Positions 19,992 through 27,352 of a stretch of 64,000 bases of DNA are shown piece after piece. The DNA comes from an uncultured bacterium. Lineage in GTDB: Bacteria; Patescibacteriota; Saccharimonadia; UBA4664. The notes beneath the pieces were generated by a model, which saw only the letters and a list, made by a program, of their open reading frames with translations, searched no databases and was not told the origin of the DNA. How positions within the stretch are numbered: position 1 is the first letter of the stretch; every line of letters begins with the position of its first letter. The stretch is from NCBI GenBank assembly GCA_963740635.1, contig CAVUEQ010000001.1, positions 81,026 through 145,025 on the forward strand, read 5' to 3'. A program made the position numbers and the translations under genes.

Positions 19992-20546
19992 CTAATGGAT
20001 GTAGTATGAAACAACTGCGGTGGTGGTGCCGGGAAGGTTGGCGTTGGTAACGCTTGATACAATGCCTGAATCGGGGAGGAAACTCAAGGCCGCGCTGCCA
20101 CCGGTGGGGAGGACGGTGAAGTTGATTGTGGCTACAGGCTGGTCGCCGGTGAGGGGCGTGGTGGTGCCGCGCACGAGCTTGGTGGTGCCGGGGCCGTTAG
20201 TGGATTGGGCGGCCACGCCAAAGGCGCTGGTGGTGGTGTCGATGGATGCCAGTTCGAGCTTGTCGGCGGGGTAGGCCAGGTCGGCCACGATGGCGTTGAC
20301 TGGGGTATTGAGGCTGTTTTCCCGGATTTCGAATGTGAGGGTGGAGCCTGGTGCGAACGTGCCTTCGGCCGGCGAGATGTAGATCGCGGGATTGGTGGTG
20401 ACGGCGGGGTGCCTGGCCGCTTGGCTGGTGGCTACGACTGCCCCTATGGCAACCGCGCCCACCACGACGGCGGCCAGGCTCATGACCTGGATTTGAACGC
20501 GGGGGTCGAGGGGGCTGAAGTTGGAAGGTGAGTTAGTGCGGGGCAT
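19992..20546 (-). CDS. N-terminally anchored cohesin-like domain protein (paralogue of 19320..19976)
   Basis: It has a TM helix (VMSLAAVVVGAVAIGAVVATS). The matching domain reads LTFEIRENSLNTPVNAIVADLAYPADKLELAS..GDQPVATINFTVLPTGG. Confidence 0.7.
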   Translation of the reverse strand: MPRTNSPSNFSPLDPRVQIQVMSLAAVVVGAVAIGAVVATSQAARHPAVTTNPAIYISPAEGTFAPGSTLTFEIRENSLNTPVNAIVADLAYPADKLELASIDTTTSAFGVAAQSTNGPGTTKLVRGTTTPLTGDQPVATINFTVLPTGGSAALSFLPDSGIVSSVTNANLPGTTTAVVSYYIH

Positions 20547-20567
20547 TATTTTGGCTCTCCTAAGGGG

Positions 20568-21527
20568 TTATTGCGTTACGAAGTAATCATAGCTGAGTAC
20601 GGCACCACTGCCGGGGGGAGCGGCATCGGTTTTGACCTGGAAGCCGCCGCCGTTGCGCGTGACGTAGGCTGGGGTAGAAGCGGCCGAGCCGGTGAGGGGC
20701 GAGAGCAGCACGTGCACGGTGGCGCCGTAGCCGGCGCGGAAGGTGATGGTGCCGAGCACGCCGGCGGGCGGGGAATTGCCGGTGTTGAAATTGAGGGTGC
20801 CGGCGGTGTCGTTGCCGCTGATTGAGGCCGTGCCGCCGCCGCCGACGGCCGTGCCCGTCACAAACGCCGGCGTGGGGCCTTGGGTAGCCAGATGGCTGAT
20901 GGTGAGCGGCCCGGAGATCCTGATGGTGCGCACGGCGATGGAGCTGGCGTTGAGCGAATTGAAGCCGGCGGCGCCGCCGACGTTGAGGCCGCCCGAGAGG
21001 GTGGCGAGCCCGCCGACGGTCAGGCTTTGCTGCAGGGTGGTGTTGCCGGTGACGGCCAGGTTGCTGCCCACGCTTAATCCCGTGGCAGCGGTGCTGCCGG
21101 TGATGTTGAGCTGGCTGAGGGTGACCGGGCCGTTGGCGTTGAGGTGGCCGCCGATCGAGAGGTCGCCGCCCACGTCGACCTTGCCGCGGAAGAGCGAATT
21201 GGCGCCGATGTTGAGGGTTTGGCCGGAGCTGCCGAGGTCGGAACCGATTTGGCCGAGCTTGGCAATGTCTTCGGGGCTGAGGGTGGTGATATTGGTTTTG
21301 GGCGCGGCCGGGGCCTGCTCGTGGGCTTTGCCCCAGTAGTAGCCCACGACACTCCCGACGGCAACCAGGAACACGAACAGCCCGGCAATGCGCCCGACCG
21401 CGTTGGCGCGGCCTACGAGCGCATCCCAACTGCGATTGGCCGCTCGTTTTTTGGGAGCGGCGGGGGGTTGGCCGGGTGTGGGTGGCGTTGGCGGTTGGCC
21501 AAGTGTGGGGGGTGTGCCCGGTGGCAT
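20568..21527 (-). CDS. N-terminally anchored surface protein with beta-helix-like short repeats and Pro-rich tail
   Basis: MPPGTPPTLGQPPTPPTPGQPP is followed by a TM helix (IAGLFVFLVAVGSVVGYYW). Repeats follow: VDVGGDLSIGGHLNANGPVTLSQLNITGSTAATGLSVGSNLAVTGNTTLQQSLTVGGLATLSGGLNVGG. It is the first gene of a three-gene minus-strand operon. Confidence 0.7.
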   Translation of the reverse strand: MPPGTPPTLGQPPTPPTPGQPPAAPKKRAANRSWDALVGRANAVGRIAGLFVFLVAVGSVVGYYWGKAHEQAPAAPKTNITTLSPEDIAKLGQIGSDLGSSGQTLNIGANSLFRGKVDVGGDLSIGGHLNANGPVTLSQLNITGSTAATGLSVGSNLAVTGNTTLQQSLTVGGLATLSGGLNVGGAAGFNSLNASSIAVRTIRISGPLTISHLATQGPTPAFVTGTAVGGGGTASISGNDTAGTLNFNTGNSPPAGVLGTITFRAGYGATVHVLLSPLTGSAASTPAYVTRNGGGFQVKTDAAPPGSGAVLSYDYFVTQ

Positions 21528-21624
21528 TATTACTCACAAGAATTACTGCCCAATATTATAACGCTTGTGCTCCATATATTCTAATTGTGCTTGCTGACAC
21601 TCCCTCACTTTTGACACCCGCCCG

Positions 21625-21710
21625 GTGATAAACCAGCTATACCATCACTTCACCTGCACACGGCGTGCTCGGAGGGAGCAGGAGTTGATAGTTTCATGTC
21701 ATAGTAGGGT
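21625..21710 (+). repeat. Intergenic repeat element R1 (about 86 nt)
   Basis: It shares the blocks GTGATAAA, AGCTATACCAT, ACACGnCG, CTCnGAG and GTTTCATGnCATAnTAGG, in the same order and orientation, with R2 at 21922-22008. Confidence 0.7.
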
Positions 21711-21921
21711 TTTACAGATAAAACGGGTTGTAATGGCGATGGTTGCAGGGCAAGGGGGCGGATGCTGATAGGCAGCTCAGGCACCTTGGCTGCTTTGCCG
21801 TTTTGGGCATTATTCCCAGACTAGCAAGCCTGCTTTATACCACTGCTTACGCCCATTTCACTTCCAACAACAGCCTCTTTTCGGCTCATGTGACTCCCAA
21901 TAGGTTCAGACCACCGGATGA

Positions 21922-22008
21922 GTGATAAAAGTAGCTATACCATGCATTTTCGAAACACGACGCCCTCCGAGCCCGCCGGCTGCTGACTGTTTCATGGCAT
22001 AATAGGCT
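21922..22008 (+). repeat. Intergenic repeat element R2 (about 87 nt)
   Basis: See R1. The two copies are 297 nt apart, start to start, inside a 584-nt non-coding gap between divergent surface-protein operons. Confidence 0.7.
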
Positions 22009-22111
22009 CGCGATAGTCCGTGCCGTTGGAGATGCCTGAAAGTGAGGGTGGGTCAGCTCGAAGCTCAAGCAGATTGCGAAATTGCCCGGAATCCGGCAAG
22101 ATACTTCATAT

Positions 22112-22933
22112 ATGAGACGGTGGAGTCGGAAGTTTATAGTGGGCGTGGCCGTGGCGCTGGGCCTGGCGGGTGTGGCGCAGGCGAGCCTGGGCGACCCTTC
22201 GGCTTCGTCCAATAACTACATGGTGATCGAGAGCGAATTGGGGGGCAACGGCTGCCCGAACGGCAGTCCGTACCAGTGCGGCAGCTCGGCTTCGTATTCA
22301 TTTAATCCCTCGACCGACGACGGCGGCTCGAGCCTGGGCGAATCGGCCGTGGGCAGCGGCAGTTCCGCGAATTATTCCAGCGGGGCGGGGTTCAACACCA
22401 CCGCGCAGCCGGGACTAACGATGACTGTGAGCTCAACTCCGGCGGACCTAGGAGTGTTGTCTACTGGGTCGGCAAATACCGCTTCGGCTACATTTAGTGT
22501 AAAGGACTACACCTCCTGGGGTTACGCAGTGACAGTTATCGGCTCACCCCCTGCGTATAATGGGCATCCGTTGGCCGCGATGGGCACCCAATCGTCCAAT
22601 AGTACCGGTTGCTCTCCGACGTGCGCTTCGAATAATGGCGTCGAGCAATTTGGCATGAATCTGCGATTGAATGCATCCCCGAACGCGGTAGGTGCGGATC
22701 CCGTCCCAATTCCGAGTTCCTCATTTAGCTTGTCCGACCCTAACGTAATAATACCTACTCCATATCGAACGCCTGATGCCTACCGCTTTTTCTCCGGAGA
22801 TACTATTGCGTCAGCACCAAGCAGTTCGGGTGAAACGGACTACACCATCAGCTTTATGGCAAATATGAGTACTACGACGCCCGGCGGCAAGTACACCGGC
22901 GGCATTACGCTGGTGGCCACAGGGACCTACTAG
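22112..22933 (+). CDS. Secreted beta-sandwich surface protein, short member of a 4-gene paralogue family (possibly WxL-like)
   Basis: ATG 22112 gives the signal peptide MRRWSRKFIVGVAVALGLAGVAQA. It shares the C-terminal domain of the family (..AMGTQSSNSTGCSPTCAS..EQFGMNLRLNASPNAVGADP..YRFFSGDTIAS..GGKYTGGITLVATGTY*). Confidence 0.75.
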   Translation: MRRWSRKFIVGVAVALGLAGVAQASLGDPSASSNNYMVIESELGGNGCPNGSPYQCGSSASYSFNPSTDDGGSSLGESAVGSGSSANYSSGAGFNTTAQPGLTMTVSSTPADLGVLSTGSANTASATFSVKDYTSWGYAVTVIGSPPAYNGHPLAAMGTQSSNSTGCSPTCASNNGVEQFGMNLRLNASPNAVGADPVPIPSSSFSLSDPNVIIPTPYRTPDAYRFFSGDTIASAPSSSGETDYTISFMANMSTTTPGGKYTGGITLVATGTY

Positions 22934-22956
22934 CTTAAATTTTCCTGAAATCCGAG

Positions 22957-22986
22957 TTGACCTTCTTATAAAGCTTATGCTATGGT
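22957..22986 (+). promoter_or_regulatory. Candidate promoter (TTGACC-18-TATGGT) for 23031..24176
   Basis: -35 at 22957-22962 and -10 at 22981-22986, about 45 nt upstream of the ATG and preceded by an A+T-rich tract. Confidence 0.4.
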
Positions 22987-23030
22987 ACCGTTAAATAGTA
23001 TCTTTGAGGTAAAAGCAAAGGAAATGAAAA

Positions 23031-24176
23031 ATGAGTAGAAGGGATATCCTTCGAACCCATTACACAGGGTTATTGAGAAGGGCCGGCGCCTGGGCAGGTC
23101 TTGGTGCGTTGATGGCGAGCATGTTTGTCCCAACGGGAGCAAGTGCGGTCGGGCAACTGACGGAGCGTTCGCTCACTCTTGGGTCATCGAAGATTAGTAC
23201 ATCGACAACTTACCTATATGGCTTTAAGCCGGCGACCACGACAGCTGTCGGGTCAGTGAAGTTTCAGCTGTGTACGTCTCCGCTGGAGAACGTTTCTTGT
23301 ACCGGCCCGTCCGGTGCCGACTCATCAGTGCCAGGCGCCCTCACTCTGGGTGGTCAGATCTCAGGGTTTTCGAAGAGTAATGGTACAAACAACCCGTCTC
23401 CGACTGCGAACGTGATTTGGATAGAGAATGGTACCCCGCAAAGCTTAACAAGCGGTACAGCTTCGACTGTTCAGTTTGCGACGATTACAAACCCCTCGAC
23501 TGTCAACCAGACGTTTTACGCGCGCATTACGACCTATGCTGAAACCGCCGGTAGCACTGAGGTAGACTATGGTGCGGTAGCGGTATCGACGGCTGCCCAG
23601 ATTACTGCGAGTGCAAACGTTCAAGAGCAATTAGCGTTTTGTGTATACACCGGGGCTAATTGTGGCGCCGGTGGTTCGACTGTGAACGTCGGTACGACAT
23701 CGGATAACATTTTAAACACCAGCACCCCTACGGGCGGGACATCCAAAATGGATGCGTCGACCAACGCATCCTCAGGGTACGTCATAACGTACATAACGAC
23801 CACCATTGCTGGACACCCGAGCGCATCGTTTACATCACTTAACGACACGATTACAGATGCCGGTAGCTCAAACGTACCTGATCCCGGAGATGGTGTAGCA
23901 ATTTTCGGAATAAACCTCAAAGCTAACAGCACCTTGGGAGGCGGCTCCCTAGGAGCGAACTCGTCAGGTGGTTCAGGTGTGGCAGTTGGGTCGTATGCTG
24001 TAGCGGATCAAATCGCTTTTGTAGCCGGATCTACGCCGCAAACGGTAGCTAACAGTGCCGGTGGGCCCTCTGACACAACCACCTTCACAGTCAGTTACGT
24101 GGCTCAAGCCGGTACGACATCCAAGGCCGGCCAATACAGTGCACTGTTCACCTACGTCTGCACCGGTACATTCTAA
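23031..24176 (+). CDS. Secreted two-domain beta-sandwich surface protein, paralogue family member (possibly WxL-like); RR-containing signal peptide
   Basis: MSRRDILRTHYTGLLRRAGAWAGLGALMASMFVPTGASA is followed by the conserved mature N-terminus GQLTERSLTLGSS. The C-terminus is AGQYSALFTYVCTGTF*. It is A+T-richer than the two downstream paralogues. Confidence 0.8.
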   Translation: MSRRDILRTHYTGLLRRAGAWAGLGALMASMFVPTGASAVGQLTERSLTLGSSKISTSTTYLYGFKPATTTAVGSVKFQLCTSPLENVSCTGPSGADSSVPGALTLGGQISGFSKSNGTNNPSPTANVIWIENGTPQSLTSGTASTVQFATITNPSTVNQTFYARITTYAETAGSTEVDYGAVAVSTAAQITASANVQEQLAFCVYTGANCGAGGSTVNVGTTSDNILNTSTPTGGTSKMDASTNASSGYVITYITTTIAGHPSASFTSLNDTITDAGSSNVPDPGDGVAIFGINLKANSTLGGGSLGANSSGGSGVAVGSYAVADQIAFVAGSTPQTVANSAGGPSDTTTFTVSYVAQAGTTSKAGQYSALFTYVCTGTF

Positions 24177-24193
24177 AATAGCCTAATCGACAA

Positions 24194-24220
24194 TCCGCCA
24201 CCTCTCGGTGGTGGATTTTT
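24194..24220 (+). terminator. Intrinsic terminator
   Basis: TCCGCCACC-tctc-GGTGGTGGA (9-bp stem with one mismatch) is followed by TTTTT. It lies 18 nt after the stop of 23031..24176. Confidence 0.75.
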
Positions 24221-24245
24221 GGTTGAGGCCGAGCTGAGGGCAGGA

Positions 24246-24274
24246 TTGAGTGTTCGCTTTGTGTTCGGTATAAT
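24246..24274 (+). promoter_or_regulatory. Promoter module copy A (TTGAGT-gttcgctttgtgttcgg-TATAAT)
   Basis: One of four copies of a 29-nt promoter whose 17-nt spacer is also conserved. The other copies are at 39646, 40186 and 40894. Confidence 0.6.
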
Positions 24275-24317
24275 GAATGAGAGGTGGGGTTTATACTGGA
24301 AACAGAAGGGGAATGGT

Positions 24318-24629
24318 ATGCCGACGGTAGATTTTACACTGGAAGACTTACGAAAAGTCGTAAAAGAGGAGATCAAGAGCGAACTCGTCAAGGAACGGGA
24401 GGCTACGAAAGGGATGATCCAGGATGCCTTGGTGGCCGAGCGGAAGGTGACGCAGCGGATGATTTCGGAGGGTACGGAAGATGTTAAGCAAGACCTGAAG
24501 CAGTTTGTGGCGGACGAATTTGTGAGTTTTTGGGACAATAACCTCGGGCCGGCGTTTGATGAGTTGCATGGAGAATTTGCGAAGTTAAAGGCGCAAATGC
24601 AGAGGGCGGGCCGGGCCATGGGCCGGTAG
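24318..24629 (+). CDS. Small charged, probably coiled-coil protein (103 aa)
   Basis: ATG 24318 follows AAGGGG. The upstream part of the listed ORF 24219.. overlaps the promoter module. The sequence is MPTVDFTLEDLRKVVKEEIKSELVKEREATKG... Confidence 0.6.
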   Translation: MPTVDFTLEDLRKVVKEEIKSELVKEREATKGMIQDALVAERKVTQRMISEGTEDVKQDLKQFVADEFVSFWDNNLGPAFDELHGEFAKLKAQMQRAGRAMGR

Positions 24630-24681
24630 CAAGTAGTTTGCACTTATGATCAAGATAGGGTAGGCTTGTAGCGTAAGAACA

Positions 24682-25788
24682 ATGAAAACAAAGATAATTT
24701 TAGCCCGGGTGATGCTTGCGGGGCTGATGACGCTGTTCATCAGCCAGTTTGGTGTCGTGGAGGCAGCGGGTCAGCTGACGGGCCGGAGCGTGACGCTGTC
24801 GAATTCGGCCGGGGCTCCGGCGGCGCAGACGAGCACTTACACAGCGACGTTTACCTTGGCTTCGTCGGGGCAGACGCTGGGTTCGATAATGCTTGAGATT
24901 TGCGATTCGCCGTTGTTGACGGCCTCTTGTCTGAATTCGGGTAATTCGAACGGCGCGACGTTTACCGGGGCGACGTTTGGCAGCGTGACCTGCGCGGTTT
25001 GTAATGGTGGCGCCTGGTCGCTGGGGACGGCCAGCGGTAATTTGGCCTACGTGACGCATTCGGCGGCGGCGGTGACGGGTACGCCGGCGGTGACGGTGGT
25101 GCTGAATAATGTGACCAATCCAAATGCGAATAACAAAGAATTTTATGTGCGGATCTCAACATACAGTGCCACCAATACGTCGGCGCCGGCGTATCCGGGG
25201 ACTGACTTTGGCGGGGTAGCTCTCAGTACAGCCCAGCAGCTGACTGTGAGCGGCGTGATGCCCGAGAGTCTGGTGTTTTGCGTGGGCACGAGCGGGACGG
25301 ACTGCACGAACATTGCCGGCTCGAGCGTGGATCTGGGGACGTTTTCGCCGGTGGCTACAAATTCCGGCACGAGCGTGATGAGCGCGAGTACGAATGCGGG
25401 TTCGGGGTATATTATTACAATTAACGGCACCACCCTCACGAGTGGGGCGAATAATATTCCGGCAATGGGCACGCAGAGCTTAAACTCGGCCGGGTGTTCG
25501 CCCAGCTGCTCGTCGGCCACCGGCACCAGCCAATTTGGGACGAACGTGCGCGATAACGCCACGCCCAACGTGGGTACGGATGTGTCCGGGACGGGTACCG
25601 CGACCGGCTCGGGCGGGTACAATACGGCTGATAGCTTCCGGTTCTTCACCGGTGACACGGTGGCCGGCGTGGGCGGCGTGACCAAGGCCAACTTGTTTAC
25701 GAATTCATACATCGTGAACGTGGGCGGCGACCAAGCGGCGGGTGTGTATTCGGCCACCATGACCTACATCTGCACGGCGACGTTCTGA
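24682..25788 (+). CDS. Secreted two-domain beta-sandwich surface protein, paralogue family member (possibly WxL-like)
   Basis: Signal peptide MKTKIILARVMLAGLMTLFISQFGVVEA. The mature N-terminus is GQLTGRSVTLSNS. It carries the family motifs AMGTQSLNSAGCSPSCSS, SQFGTNVRDNATPNVGTD and FRFFTGDTVAG. It ends AGVYSATMTYICTATF*. Confidence 0.85.
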   Translation: MKTKIILARVMLAGLMTLFISQFGVVEAAGQLTGRSVTLSNSAGAPAAQTSTYTATFTLASSGQTLGSIMLEICDSPLLTASCLNSGNSNGATFTGATFGSVTCAVCNGGAWSLGTASGNLAYVTHSAAAVTGTPAVTVVLNNVTNPNANNKEFYVRISTYSATNTSAPAYPGTDFGGVALSTAQQLTVSGVMPESLVFCVGTSGTDCTNIAGSSVDLGTFSPVATNSGTSVMSASTNAGSGYIITINGTTLTSGANNIPAMGTQSLNSAGCSPSCSSATGTSQFGTNVRDNATPNVGTDVSGTGTATGSGGYNTADSFRFFTGDTVAGVGGVTKANLFTNSYIVNVGGDQAAGVYSATMTYICTATF

Positions 25789-26798
25789 TGCGGCGGCGGC
25801 TCGCCCAGATCGCGGTTCTGGCGCTGGGGCTGATGCCGCTGGGGGCTCAGGGGGCGGCCTTGGCGCCGCGCAACGTGGTGGCGGGATCGAGCGGGCAGGG
25901 CGTGAGCACGAGTTATGTGGCTAATTTTACAACGGGGACGACGGCCAATATTGGCTCTATAAAATTTGAATTTTGCACGACGGCCACCGGCGCCTGCACA
26001 ATGCCGGGCGGCGTGGTGACCACGAGCTCGTGGCTGACGGCCCAAAGCGGGGCGGTCGGTTTTACGCTTGATAATACTACCAACGGCGCGCCGTTTATTA
26101 CGCGGGTGGCGGCCAACATTAACACCGGGACGGCCCTGAGCTACACGCTGAACCCGATTACCAACCCGGCGGCGACGAACACAACGTATTATGTGCGGGT
26201 AACGACGTATACGGGCTCTGACGGCGCTACCGGGCCGACTGACACCGGGACCGTGGCCATGAGTACGGCCGAGCCGGTGCAGCTGACGGGCGTGACGCCG
26301 GAGATTTTGGTGTTTTGCGTGGGCACGAGCATTGCCGGCAACTGCACGACGATTTCGGGCAACACGATCGATTTCGGGGACTTTTCGCCGGTGGCGACGC
26401 GGTCGGGCACGAGCGTGATGCAGGCCCAAACCAATGCTGCCAACGGTTATACGATCACGGTGAACGGCACCACGATGGCGTCGGGTGTGAATACGATTCC
26501 GGGGCTGGCGGTGCAGACGGGCAGTGTGATTGGCACCAGCCAGTTTGGGCTGAACCTGCGGGCTAATTCCACGCCGGCGGTGGGCGCTGACCCGGGCGGG
26601 GCCGGCAGCGGTACGTTTACCGGCGCCTACGGCACGGCCGACCAATACCGGTTCGCCAGCGGCGACAGCGTGGCCTCGGCGGCCTTGCCGACCAACGCCA
26701 ACACGTTTACCTCGAGCTACATCGTGAATATCGGCGGCGCGCAGGCGGCCGGGGTGTATACCGCGACCATGACTTATATCTGCACAGCCTCGTTCTAG
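25788..26798 (+). CDS. Secreted two-domain beta-sandwich surface protein, paralogue family member (possibly WxL-like)
   Basis: Its start overlaps the previous stop (TGATG). Signal peptide MRRRLAQIAVLALGLMPLGAQGA. Family motifs include SQFGLNLRANSTPAVGADP and YRFASGDSVAS. It ends AGVYTATMTYICTASF*. Confidence 0.85.
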   Translation: MRRRLAQIAVLALGLMPLGAQGAALAPRNVVAGSSGQGVSTSYVANFTTGTTANIGSIKFEFCTTATGACTMPGGVVTTSSWLTAQSGAVGFTLDNTTNGAPFITRVAANINTGTALSYTLNPITNPAATNTTYYVRVTTYTGSDGATGPTDTGTVAMSTAEPVQLTGVTPEILVFCVGTSIAGNCTTISGNTIDFGDFSPVATRSGTSVMQAQTNAANGYTITVNGTTMASGVNTIPGLAVQTGSVIGTSQFGLNLRANSTPAVGADPGGAGSGTFTGAYGTADQYRFASGDSVASAALPTNANTFTSSYIVNIGGAQAAGVYTATMTYICTASF

Positions 26799-27145
26799 GA
26801 AGTGCGGCCGAAGGCCCCAAGTTTGCGGCCCAGCTTGTAGTGAGCGTGCGTGATTATGCGCTCTAGGCGCGTGATTTCGCGCGCGAGCCGGCGGCGGCCG
26901 GTTTCGGTGAGGCGGTAGCGGCGGGCGATTTGGCGTTCATCCGCGGGGATGGCTTCGAGCAAATGTCTTGTAAGCAAGCGGTTTAGAACCTTATATGTAG
27001 TTCCGGTAGTCATGATGAGTGAGCTATTTGAATCCGCTGCCACCTGATTTCGGACGGCGTAGCCGTGAAACGGGTTCTGGGTGAGCGCCAGCAGGACATA
27101 AAACTCATGGGTGGTCAGGGTGTCGTTTAGGGTGAAATTACTCAT
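26795..27145 (-). CDS. PadR-family transcriptional regulator
   Basis: 116 aa. The winged-helix pattern HEFYVLLALTQNPFHGYAVRNQV...GTTYKVLNRLLTRHLLE...RRYRLTETGRRRL is typical of PadR. Confidence 0.8.
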   Translation of the reverse strand: MSNFTLNDTLTTHEFYVLLALTQNPFHGYAVRNQVAADSNSSLIMTTGTTYKVLNRLLTRHLLEAIPADERQIARRYRLTETGRRRLAREITRLERIITHAHYKLGRKLGAFGRTS

Positions 27146-27153
27146 ATCTGCGA

Positions 27154-27248
27154 CTATACTCCAAAAGGGTATAGGGTCAAAATTAATGTCTCGGCAAAGC
27201 CATTTTCTCTCGGTTAAATTGGGTAAGGTATACCCTTTGGGAGTATAG
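27154..27248. promoter_or_regulatory. Pair of TATAC-N9-GTATA palindromes (candidate PadR operators) in a divergent promoter region
   Basis: Site 1 is CTATACtccaaaaggGTATAG (27154-27174). Site 2 is TATACcctttgggaGTATA (27229-27247). The two 20-mers are reverse complements of each other with one mismatch. Site 1 begins 9 nt from the PadR ATG. Confidence 0.6.
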
Positions 27249-27352
27249 TTGGGGGCGGTACTTAGGCTGTAATTAGGAGTTCTGCAGGCGCGGTATGGGA
27301 CAGGAGTTGTTAGCTCCGAAGATTTGCCACCAATTCAACTTATGCTATACAC

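Noticed and set aside
20587-21537. Long overlapping ORFs (20587..21537 minus, 20743..21339 plus, 21144..21584 plus) over gene 20568..21527
   Set aside because: These are typical high-G+C shadow ORFs with Arg/Pro/Gly-rich nonsense composition. Only the 20568..21527 frame gives a signal-anchor plus a repeat architecture.
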